A stretch of DNA of 52,358 nt from an uncultured bacterium (GTDB lineage: Bacteria; Gemmatimonadota; Gemmatimonadetes; Gemmatimonadales; Gemmatimonadaceae), in NCBI GenBank assembly GCA_963978095.1, contig CAXBQP010000015.1, positions 1 to 52,358 of the forward strand, in the 5' to 3' direction. How positions within the stretch are numbered: the stretch's first letter is position 1; each line of letters starts with the position of its first letter. Below, piece by piece: positions 8,947 through 17,453 of the stretch. Position numbers and translations under genes: made by a program. Under the pieces are notes generated by a model. It was not told the origin of the DNA, made no database searches, and saw only the letters and a list, made by a program, of their open reading frames with translations.

Positions 8947-10485
8947 CTACGGCACCACCAGGAACTGTCCCATCAAGCCCAGGTCCTCGTGATTCGACAT
9001 GTGGCAGTGGAACATGAAGGGATCGGTACTGCTGGCGAAATCGCTGAACTTGGCGACGACCACCACCGATTCGCCGCGCGGGATATAGAAGGTGTCCTTC
9101 CACCCCGATTCGTACGCCTCGACCGGACCGCCGCTCCGCGAGATGATCTTGAACTGGATGTCGTGCAGATGGATCGAGTGACCGAACACCTGGTTATTGA
9201 CGATCGTCCACTTCTCGACCGCGCCGAGCTTGATGGTCTGATTGATGTATCCGTGATCGAAGAAGACGTTGTCGAAGGAGAAGTTCCCGCCGGCTTGTCC
9301 GCCGGTGATGGTGATGGTGCGGCTGTTGGTGACGTCGGCGAGCGTCCAATAGCGGTTCGTGGTGAGGGCACCCGGCAGCGTCGTGATGGCACCAGCGGTC
9401 GTCGCGGCGACGTTGATGTGCAGGATCGGAAAATCGGTGTTGTTGAGCAGGCTGCCGTTGATCGGACCGGCGTTCCCGGTCGGCGTCACCGGATTTCCCT
9501 CGTTTCCGGGGAAGCCGAACGTCTGCCCGGAGTTGTACGCCTTGAGGTCGAGCGACGAACCGACGGCGTCGCTCCCGAGATTCACGAGGATCTCGACGCG
9601 CTCGCCCGGCAGCATCCGCACGCGCGTGACCGCGACCGGCGCGTCGAGCAATCCACCGTCGTTGGTGATCACGTGGAAGGTCCGATTGTCGCTGAAGCCC
9701 AGATTGAGCGCGCGCTCGATCTCGGCGTTGAGCAGCCGGAATCGCACGAACTGCCTGGGGAGACTCACCTGCGCGTTGATCGTGCCATTGGCGAGCATGT
9801 AGTCGCCGTAATTGTCGATCGCGATGTTCTTGGAGAACTGGTTCGACGAGAGGAATCGGCGGCTGGTCATCACGAGCGGGATGTCGTCCGTCCCGTAGGT
9901 ACGCGGCAGCTGAAGCGCCGACTCGATCGGGTCTTTGATGATGATGAACCCTCCCGCGCCCATCGACAGCTGATCGTATGTCTTGGTGTGCAGGTGCGGA
10001 TGGTACCAGTACGTGCCGGCGTTGTTGCGCACACGGAAGGTCGGACGCCAACTGGTGGCGGGCGCGATCGTCTGGTGCGGGCCGCCATCCATCGCGGCAG
10101 GAATGTGGAAGCCGTGCCAGTGCACCGTGGTGGTGTCGGTGAGCGCGTTCGTGACGTTCATCTGCACGCTGTCGCCCTGATTCAGGATCAGCGTCGGTCC
10201 CCAGAACTGCTCGCCATTGTAGCCATACGTGTCGGTGGCCGCGCCGCTGCGGAACTGCTTCGTGGCCCGCGCCAGAGTGAGGGTGAAACTCGTGCCCTGG
10301 AGCGTCGGCGGGATCCTGAGATCGTTGTAGGTGCTCGATCCGGACGGCGTCCCGTTCGTGGACCCGTTGGTGTTCGTTGGCGTGTTGGTCAAGGTGTTCG
10401 CACTGCGGCTGCAACTCATTGCGGCGCCGAGCACGAGGCCACCAACACCGGCAACGGCCATCAGGGAACGAGGGCGAGGCAACAT
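8947..10485 (-). CDS. Lipoprotein three-domain multicopper oxidase (laccase/CueO-like)
   Basis: All four Cu motifs present: HWHG, YWYHPH, HSIHLH and HCHMSNHED. Lipobox-like AAMSC followed by a T/N/S-rich linker; GGAG upstream of ATG 10485. Confidence 0.9.
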   Translation of the reverse strand: MLPRPRSLMAVAGVGGLVLGAAMSCSRSANTLTNTPTNTNGSTNGTPSGSSTYNDLRIPPTLQGTSFTLTLARATKQFRSGAATDTYGYNGEQFWGPTLILNQGDSVQMNVTNALTDTTTVHWHGFHIPAAMDGGPHQTIAPATSWRPTFRVRNNAGTYWYHPHLHTKTYDQLSMGAGGFIIIKDPIESALQLPRTYGTDDIPLVMTSRRFLSSNQFSKNIAIDNYGDYMLANGTINAQVSLPRQFVRFRLLNAEIERALNLGFSDNRTFHVITNDGGLLDAPVAVTRVRMLPGERVEILVNLGSDAVGSSLDLKAYNSGQTFGFPGNEGNPVTPTGNAGPINGSLLNNTDFPILHINVAATTAGAITTLPGALTTNRYWTLADVTNSRTITITGGQAGGNFSFDNVFFDHGYINQTIKLGAVEKWTIVNNQVFGHSIHLHDIQFKIISRSGGPVEAYESGWKDTFYIPRGESVVVVAKFSDFASSTDPFMFHCHMSNHEDLGLMGQFLVVP

Positions 10486-10648
10486 CACCGAACTCCAGGC
10501 ATGGGGATGGAGTGGACCGTCGATGGGCATTGGACAGCGCAGCCGACACAAGCGTTAAGCAGCCCCAATCGCCCGCGCCAGCGAAACAGCTCCCGTACGC
10601 ATATTAGTGAAGAGGTCATCTCCGGATCCCCCTCCACCCCCGAGATTC

Positions 10649-13600
10649 ATGTCCGTCACGGTCCCACGCACTCGCCTCGGCCTGGTTTTCGCGACCCTGC
10701 TGGCAGCACTCGCCCCGCACGCCCACGCCCAGACCCCCGACGCCGCCACGCTCAAGGCCCTCAAGTGGCGCTCGATCGGCCCGGTGAACATGGCCGGACG
10801 CATCACCGACGTCGAAGCCGAGCCCAAGAACCCCAAGGTCTTCTACGTGGCCGGCGCCGCCGGCGGCATCTGGAAGACCGTCAACGCGGGAACGACCTTC
10901 TTCCCGCTCTGGGGTCAGGAGGCCAACGCCTCGATGGGCGACATCGCGATCGCGCCGAGCGATACCAAGATCATCTGGGCCGGCACCGGTGAGCAGAACT
11001 CGCGCAACACGGCCGCGCCGGGTTACGGTGTCTACAAGTCGGTCGACGGCGGGGTGACGTGGAAGTCGATGGGGCTGCAGAAGACGCAGCACATCGGCCG
11101 CATCGTCATCCATCCCACCAATCCGAACATCGTCTACGTCGCCGCCCTCGGCGCGATGTGGACGAGCAACCCCGAACGCGGGCTTTACAAGACCACCGAC
11201 GGCGGGAACAGTTGGCAGCTGATCAAGTTCATCAGCGACAAAGCGGGCTTCGTCGATGTCACGATGGATCCGCGCGACCCGAACACGCTCTACGCGGCGA
11301 GCTACGAGCGGCTCCGTAAGCCGGCGTTCCTGAAGTCGGGCGGCCCTGGTTCAGCGCTCTGGAAGACGACCGACGCCGGCAAGACGTGGACCGAGATCAA
11401 GGGGGGCGGGTTCCCCGCCACCGAGAAGGGGCGCATGAATGTGGTGCTCGCGCCGAGCAACCCGAATATCGTGTACGTCATGGTCGAGGCCGACAGCGTG
11501 CGCGGGGCCAAGCCGCAGCAGCTGCTGTCCGGGCTCTATCGCTCGACCGACGCGGGGAGGAACTGGAAGTGGATGAGCACCATCAACAATCGTCCCTTCT
11601 ACTTCTCGCAGGTGCGCGTCGATCCCAAGAACCCCGATCGCATCTACCGCATGGCGGTGGACTTCGCCTTCAGCGATGACGGCGGCTACTCGTGGAAGCT
11701 CTCGATGGTCGGGAACCACGAGGATTACCACGCGATGTGGATCGACCCGAATGACCCCGAGCACTTCATCATCGGCGGCGATGCCGGCGTGTTCCAGACG
11801 TGGGACAAGGGCGGCACGTACGACAACATCAACAACATGCCGATGGGGCAGTTCTACAATGTGAGCTACAACTTCGAGGTCCCGTACCGCGTGTGCGGTG
11901 GCCTCCAGGACAACGGTACGAGCTGCGGGCTCTCGCGTCGCAAGAACGGACAGCTGCAGATGACCGATTGGTTCGCGCCGGGATCGGCCGACGGCCTGCA
12001 GACCGCGCAGGATCCGAAGGACCCGAACATCATCTACTACGAGACGCAAGGCGGGAACATCTCGCGTCGCAATCTCGCGACGGGCGAGAACGCGAACATC
12101 CGTGCGCGCACGGTGAACACGGGGACGTACACCGCCCAGATCGCGACGATCAAGGGCGACGGCTCCAAGCCGCTCACCGATGACCAGAAGAAGCAGATCG
12201 CTGATCTGTCGGCGCGCATGCAGAAGGAACTCGCCGATCCCAACGCCGCGGCGCGCTGGAACTGGAACACGCCGTTCATCCTCTCGCAGCACGACAACAA
12301 CGTCTTCTACTCGGGTGCCGACAAGCTCTTCAAGTCGGTGCAGAAAGGGGCCAACGCGCGCGCCATCTCGGGCGATCTCTCGCGTGGCGATCCGACCTGG
12401 TTGCGCGTATCGAGCGGCTACGACGCGAATGGCAACCTCGCGGCCGACGGCTCCGGCGGCATCACGCGCGATGCCACGGGCGCCGAGGAGAACGCGACGA
12501 TCGTGAACATCAATGAGTCGCCGATCCGCGCCGGGATCCTCTATGTGGGAACGGACGACGGCAAGGTGTGGCTCACACGCAACGACGGTGGCACCTGGGA
12601 GGACCTCAGCGATCACTTCCCCGGCGCCCCACCGATGTCGTACATCAGCAAGATCGACGCGTCGCATTTCGATTCGGCTACCGTGTACGTCACGCGCGAC
12701 AACCATCGCGAGAACGACTTCACCCCGTACGTGTACGTCTCGAACGACTGGGGGAAGACCTTCCGGTCGATCGCGTCGAATCTCCCGAACGGCGGGGCGC
12801 CGAGTTCGGCGTACGTGATCCGTGAGGATCCGGTGAATCCGAATCTGCTGTATGTGGGCACGGAGACCGGCGTGTTCGCCTCGCTCAACAAGGGGCAGAG
12901 TTGGTTCCCGCTGAACAGCGGGCTCCCCACGGTGCCGGTGTTCGACTTGCAGGTCCATCCGCGCGATCATGAGTTGATCGCGGCGACGCACGGGCGTGCC
13001 ATCTGGATCGTGGATGTCGCCCCGCTGCAGCAGCTGACGACCGAAGTGCTCGCCAAGGGCGCGCACCTTTTTGCGCCGACCGTGGCGTTCCAGTACGCCC
13101 AGATGATCGCGCCGTCGGAGCCGCGCTCGCAGCGTCAGTGGAAGGGGGACGGTGGTCCGGCGGGCGCCGAGATCGCGTATCGTCTGTCGACGGCCGCAAC
13201 CGGCACGGCGCGCGTGCTGATCGTGAACGCCGCGGGTGACACCGTGGCGCGTCTCACCGGTGGCACTGCGGCTGGCATCAACAAGGTGACGTGGAACTTG
13301 GCGGCGTCGCCAGCCGGCGGCGGGGGTGGTGCGGGGTTCGACTTTGCCGCCTTCGGCGGTGGCGCGGGTGGCGGGCGCGGGGGCCGTGGAGGGTTCAGTG
13401 ACACCACGCAGGTACCGGGCTTCCCGCGTGGCTTCAATCCCCGCCCGGCGGAGGCTGCCGGTGCGCCGGATTCGACCGGGAGTCCCTCGGCCGTGAAGCG
13501 TGCGCTCGAGACGCCTGCTGCTTCGGGCGCCGGCGGTGGCCGCGGCGGACGTGGTGGCGGCGGTGGTGGTGGCGGTGGGTTCGGTGGCCGCGGCGCTGGC

Positions 13601-13723
13601 ACCGTGGAGACGGGAAACTACCGCGTGGTGCTCGATGTCGGCGGACAGAAGCTCACCACGGTGCTCCGCGTGGTGGAGGTCGTGCCCGGGAACGGCAGTG
13701 TGATGTCGCCATTCAGCTGGTAG
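10649..13723 (+). CDS. Secreted VPS10/sortilin-like BNR-repeat protein (putative glycosyl hydrolase)
   Basis: Sec signal ending AHA-Q; WRSIGPVNMAGRITD; BNR boxes; GGLQDNG; LIAATHGRAIWI.D; Gly/Arg-rich C-terminal segments. Confidence 0.85.
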   Translation: MSVTVPRTRLGLVFATLLAALAPHAHAQTPDAATLKALKWRSIGPVNMAGRITDVEAEPKNPKVFYVAGAAGGIWKTVNAGTTFFPLWGQEANASMGDIAIAPSDTKIIWAGTGEQNSRNTAAPGYGVYKSVDGGVTWKSMGLQKTQHIGRIVIHPTNPNIVYVAALGAMWTSNPERGLYKTTDGGNSWQLIKFISDKAGFVDVTMDPRDPNTLYAASYERLRKPAFLKSGGPGSALWKTTDAGKTWTEIKGGGFPATEKGRMNVVLAPSNPNIVYVMVEADSVRGAKPQQLLSGLYRSTDAGRNWKWMSTINNRPFYFSQVRVDPKNPDRIYRMAVDFAFSDDGGYSWKLSMVGNHEDYHAMWIDPNDPEHFIIGGDAGVFQTWDKGGTYDNINNMPMGQFYNVSYNFEVPYRVCGGLQDNGTSCGLSRRKNGQLQMTDWFAPGSADGLQTAQDPKDPNIIYYETQGGNISRRNLATGENANIRARTVNTGTYTAQIATIKGDGSKPLTDDQKKQIADLSARMQKELADPNAAARWNWNTPFILSQHDNNVFYSGADKLFKSVQKGANARAISGDLSRGDPTWLRVSSGYDANGNLAADGSGGITRDATGAEENATIVNINESPIRAGILYVGTDDGKVWLTRNDGGTWEDLSDHFPGAPPMSYISKIDASHFDSATVYVTRDNHRENDFTPYVYVSNDWGKTFRSIASNLPNGGAPSSAYVIREDPVNPNLLYVGTETGVFASLNKGQSWFPLNSGLPTVPVFDLQVHPRDHELIAATHGRAIWIVDVAPLQQLTTEVLAKGAHLFAPTVAFQYAQMIAPSEPRSQRQWKGDGGPAGAEIAYRLSTAATGTARVLIVNAAGDTVARLTGGTAAGINKVTWNLAASPAGGGGGAGFDFAAFGGGAGGGRGGRGGFSDTTQVPGFPRGFNPRPAEAAGAPDSTGSPSAVKRALETPAASGAGGGRGGRGGGGGGGGGFGGRGAGTVETGNYRVVLDVGGQKLTTVLRVVEVVPGNGSVMSPFSW

Positions 13724-13732
13724 TCGCCTCAG

Positions 13733-14383
13733 GTGACGCTGTTCGATCTGCTGTTCATTGTATCGCTGCTGGGGACGGTCGCCACGCTGCTCGTGGCGAC
13801 CGTCCAGTTGTTTCGTGGACATCGTGCGGCGGCGGCACGCATCGTCGCGTGGCTTGGCATTGCGGTCGCGGCATACCTCGCGCTGGTCATCGGCGTGTCG
13901 CTGGTGTCGCCGCGGCTCGAGCTTCCACCAGGCGCTCGGCGGTGTTGGGATGACTGGTGCCTGGCCGTGGAATTCGCCACGCGTGGCGACTCACTCGCTC
14001 CTGGTGTCGTGGCCGCGCCCGATGAGTCGCTGATCATGGTCGCGGTGCGTGTGTCGAGCGCCGCGCGGGGCAGGGCGCAGCGAGAGACGGGTGTGCATCT
14101 CTTCCTGCTGGATGCAAGCGGCGCACGTCATGACGCGGACCCTGCGGCGGAACGTCTGCTCGTGGCTGGCAGCGGACCGCGGCTGACCAGCGATTCGCTG
14201 GGCACCGTCCTGCAGCCCGGGAGTTCCTTTGTGCACTACGCGGTCTTTCGCGTTCCGCGCACCGCGACCCTGCTCGGGCTCGGCAAAGATGGGGAGGGGC
14301 CCGGGGCGTTCATCATCGGGGACGAATCGAGCCTGCTGCATCGTCGTACCGTCACGAGGCTCGCCTTTCCCGAGACGCGCTGA
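13733..14383 (+). CDS. Membrane-anchored hypothetical protein (two N-terminal TM helices, Ig-like DUF4352-type extracytoplasmic domain)
   Basis: Starts 9 nt after the VPS10 gene; two hydrophobic helices; CWDDWC motif; LQPG.S...VFRVP ending. Confidence 0.6.
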   Translation: MTLFDLLFIVSLLGTVATLLVATVQLFRGHRAAAARIVAWLGIAVAAYLALVIGVSLVSPRLELPPGARRCWDDWCLAVEFATRGDSLAPGVVAAPDESLIMVAVRVSSAARGRAQRETGVHLFLLDASGARHDADPAAERLLVAGSGPRLTSDSLGTVLQPGSSFVHYAVFRVPRTATLLGLGKDGEGPGAFIIGDESSLLHRRTVTRLAFPETR

Positions 14384-14419
14384 CGGCGCGCTGACGGCGC
14401 GCTGGCGACGCGCTCAGCG
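14376..14419. repeat. 11-bp degenerate tandem repeat (CGCGCTGACGG, about 4 copies) spanning two convergent stop codons
   Basis: Units at 14376 and 14387 are identical; units at 14398 and 14409 are degenerate. Confidence 0.7.
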
Positions 14420-14647
14420 CCGAATCGCGAACAGCAGGACGCCGGCGCCCACCAGCAGGCACCAGAGAGTCAGGAACGCGCCGATCGCCAGAAAGCATCC
14501 GCCCTGCGGGCGTTCGGTTTCCGCCGCTCCGGGTGTGGCGGTCGGCCGTGCGGCCCCGCGAAGGAAGAGCCGCGCGGTACGCCACAGGCCGACGACGCCA
14601 AGGATGGTGATCGCGGCGCCGGTGAACAGCAGGAGTCGGTGAGGCAT
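14414..14647 (-). CDS. Small two-TM hypothetical membrane protein
   Basis: 77 aa with two clear hydrophobic stretches; fills the gap between neighbours. Confidence 0.55.
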   Translation of the reverse strand: MPHRLLLFTGAAITILGVVGLWRTARLFLRGAARPTATPGAAETERPQGGCFLAIGAFLTLWCLLVGAGVLLFAIRR

Positions 14648-14767
14648 CACACGACGATGCAGAGGACGGAGCATCCGGAGTGCGCGGAGAGAAGTTCCCC
14701 GCGCGTGGGCAATTGTACTGCTTCGGGAATGCAACGGGCAACGGGATGAGGGCGCGCTCCCACGGTC

Positions 14768-15223
14768 TCAGTCCCAGCTCTGCAACTCCACCACATTCCC
14801 CTCGGGGTCGGTCACGTAGCACCACGTGACCTGACGCCCAGCCGCCGTGGTGAGCGTCACCACGTCGCCAACCGTTGTCCCGCCCGCCCCCAGCACCTGC
14901 CGGCGCGCCTCGGCAACGTCCGTCACCTCGAACGCGATATGCCCGAATCCCGGGCGGTTCACCGCCGTCTGCGGACGCTCGAGTTGCGTCGAATAGTTGT
15001 AGATCTCCAACGTGGGCCCGTTCACGCCGTGCCCAGGCATCCGCAGATGGACCCCGGTCATGCGTGCGCCGGGAACGCCGGTGCCACGATCCAACTCGGG
15101 TCCGGCGTAGTCCCGCTCGGGCGGCACGGGCACGCACCCGAACAGTTCCTCATAGAAACTGGCGAGCGCCCTCCAATCGGCCGCAATCAGATTCGTGTGG
15201 CCGTAGCGCGCGCCGTGGATCAC
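14768..15223 (-). CDS. VOC (glyoxalase-like) family protein
   Basis: YGHTNLIA.DWR.L..FY, GPTLEIY.Y, GFGHIAFEV and DPEGNVVELQ; 4-nt overlap with the flotillin stop. Confidence 0.85.
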   Translation of the reverse strand: MIHGARYGHTNLIAADWRALASFYEELFGCVPVPPERDYAGPELDRGTGVPGARMTGVHLRMPGHGVNGPTLEIYNYSTQLERPQTAVNRPGFGHIAFEVTDVAEARRQVLGAGGTTVGDVVTLTTAAGRQVTWCYVTDPEGNVVELQSWD

Positions 15224-16542
15224 GGCGCATCCGTCCTGGGTTCGCTGCTGCCGAGTAGATCTCCCTTGGCCACCATCTGCGCGGCCAACACCGTCTGGAT
15301 CACCTGCGTGATGTTGTGGGTCGTCGTCTCCGGCGCGCCGTCGCCGGTGCTGGCGCCGCCGGTGAGCGTGATCATCTTGCTCTGCGCCAGCGCCGCGGCA
15401 ATCGCCGGACCGATCGTCGGCAACATCTCGATCTGGCGATACCGGAAGTACGCTTCCCCGCCCGCCTGGATGGCGGCATTTACTTTCTGGATGCTCTCTG
15501 CGGTGGCATCGGCCACCTTGCGGATGCGGATGGCGTCAGCGTCCGCGCTGGCCTCGGCCTCGAGACGCACCTTGGCCGCATCGGCACGCGCCTGCGCGAT
15601 CTGCGTCGCGTCGAGCTCCGCCGTGCGCTGCAACCCCGCCGCTTCCTGCCGCTTCGCCTCCGCCTGCGCGATCAGCGCCGCGTTGCTCGCCTTGGTCTGC
15701 TCGAGTTCGCGCTGCTTGTCGCTGATCGCACGTTCGGCTTCGAGCTGTGCTTCCTTGGCGCGGCGGCTCTGCATGGCCGCGACAATCTCGGCATTCGCCT
15801 GCGCTTCCGCCGCGGACTGCCGACGCCGTGCTTCGGCGACTTCGCTCTGCACGATCTTGATGTTGAGCGAATTGAAGATCAGCCCGAGGTCGGTGAGTTC
15901 GCGCGAGCACGCTTTGCGGATGATCACGGCGAGCGGGTCGTCCTCGTCCTCCATCGCGGCGGTGTTGGGATCGTGCGCGGTGAGCACCGTGGGCGTCGGG
16001 GCGGTCTTCACGAGCGGCGCCGCGGCGGTCTGCCCCGGCAGCAGCGCGCGCGACGCGCTCGGCGTGGCCTTGGCGCTGAAGAGCTGATCGTGCGTGAGCA
16101 GGTTGATGGCGCGACGTCCCGAGCTCGAGAGGAGATCGGTGAGCGTGCTGATCTGGTCGGCGTCGCGCTTGGAGAAGAAGCGGTTGGCCGCCGTCTTGAT
16201 GAGGATGTCACTGTCGCCCACCGAGACGATCGCGCTCGCGAGCACGCGCACCTTGATGGGGCGCGGCGTGCCGTTCTCGTCGATGTCGGCCGTCTGGTCG
16301 GTGATGTCGAGATCGACGTTGATGACCTTGCTGCTGATGGTGGTGCCGGTGGTGAGGAGCGGGATCTCCTTGGACTTGCCGGGCCCGCGATAGATCAGTG
16401 TGCTACCCGCGAGCCAACTGACGAGACGGATCTCGCCCGCCTCGACGTTGCGCAGGAACTTGGCGACGACGGCCGGGATGACGACGAAGACGAAGGCCAC
16501 GACGCCGACGATGAGCATACCGCCTGACATGAACGAATCCAT
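15220..16542 (-). CDS. SPFH/flotillin-family membrane protein
   Basis: N-terminal TM; SPFH-like core (RELTDLGLIFNSLNIK); AEA/EA-rich coiled coil; YRQIEMLP.IA.A...L tail; adjacent nfeD-like gene. Confidence 0.85.
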   Translation of the reverse strand: MDSFMSGGMLIVGVVAFVFVVIPAVVAKFLRNVEAGEIRLVSWLAGSTLIYRGPGKSKEIPLLTTGTTISSKVINVDLDITDQTADIDENGTPRPIKVRVLASAIVSVGDSDILIKTAANRFFSKRDADQISTLTDLLSSSGRRAINLLTHDQLFSAKATPSASRALLPGQTAAAPLVKTAPTPTVLTAHDPNTAAMEDEDDPLAVIIRKACSRELTDLGLIFNSLNIKIVQSEVAEARRRQSAAEAQANAEIVAAMQSRRAKEAQLEAERAISDKQRELEQTKASNAALIAQAEAKRQEAAGLQRTAELDATQIAQARADAAKVRLEAEASADADAIRIRKVADATAESIQKVNAAIQAGGEAYFRYRQIEMLPTIGPAIAAALAQSKMITLTGGASTGDGAPETTTHNITQVIQTVLAAQMVAKGDLLGSSEPRTDAP

Positions 16543-16592
16543 GTGATTCAACGACTCCGGATCGGAGAGAGGGGGGAGGTGCCGGGTGCTCG

Positions 16593-17204
16593 CTAGAGGA
16601 GCGAGACCGTGCACCGGTTGCGCGCAGCGTCGACATCGTCGATGCGCACACGGGTGCCGACCGCGACGCGCCCGGCGAGGGCGCGGCTGTCGGGATGCAG
16701 AGTGCCGAGGACCTGGAGGAGCTGTCCGTCGACCTCGACGGAGATCAGTCCCTGGCCGTTGGTATCGAAGGCGCTCACGACCGTCGCTTCGCCCGTCACC
16801 GCACTCTCGAGCGTGAGCGCGGGGGCCGATTCGAACTTGAAGAGCAGGTTCCAGAGCGGCGTGACGATGAGCCGTTCGAAGAGGATCGCGCCGCACACGG
16901 CGATGGTGAAGAGCAGGATCCCCGCGCCGAAGAGCGGGCGAGCGACGAGCCCGCTCGCGCCGAAACCGAGCGCGACGCTGAAGAGCAGGCGCGGCGACAT
17001 GAGCGCCAGCAGGGAGTGGCCCGTCGTCTCCTTGAGGCCATGCGCGTGACCGCCGTGCGAGTGCCCCGCGTGCCCGCCATGACCGCCATGTCCACCGGTC
17101 GCGTGCCCATGCCCGTGACCGTGCCCGCTCCGGCCGCTGCCTCCGAACGCCATGGCGGCCAATCCCACGGCGCCGAGTGCGAGCGAGGTCAGATAGATGT
17201 CCAT
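16593..17204 (-). CDS. NfeD-like (YuaF/YqiJ-type) membrane protein with a His/Gly-rich loop and C-terminal OB-fold
   Basis: TM, His-rich loop, two TMs, then G.ATVV...G.I.VEVDG...G..V.I.DVD..RN.C.V; lies upstream of the flotillin gene. Confidence 0.8.
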   Translation of the reverse strand: MDIYLTSLALGAVGLAAMAFGGSGRSGHGHGHGHATGGHGGHGGHAGHSHGGHAHGLKETTGHSLLALMSPRLLFSVALGFGASGLVARPLFGAGILLFTIAVCGAILFERLIVTPLWNLLFKFESAPALTLESAVTGEATVVSAFDTNGQGLISVEVDGQLLQVLGTLHPDSRALAGRVAVGTRVRIDDVDAARNRCTVSLL

Positions 17205-17453
17205 CGAGTGCGTGCGCCTTCTCGCGAGAAGTGGTGCGGGCGAGGATCCAGGGCCCGAACCTCTAACGCTATGGGGTGTTACGCCGGCGGCAATACCGAT
17301 TTGCGCCACGGTCCGGCACGGCGAATGCGCATCGACGCATAGGGCGTGCCACGCCGGAATCGGTGTAACCTGTTGTCGCCACACTGGTTACCCTTGCACC
17401 CTCGTGGTACAAGCTGGCCGCGCCCGGAGCGCGGGGATAGCTTCTGGACACCG

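Noticed and set aside
11351..13822. Long antisense ORFs (also 8944-10992, 19589-21250, 21067-23694, 33461-35749, 39721-42096, 50361-52331)
   Set aside because: They are shadows of well-supported genes; high GC suppresses antisense stops, and the products are R/H/V-rich with no motifs.
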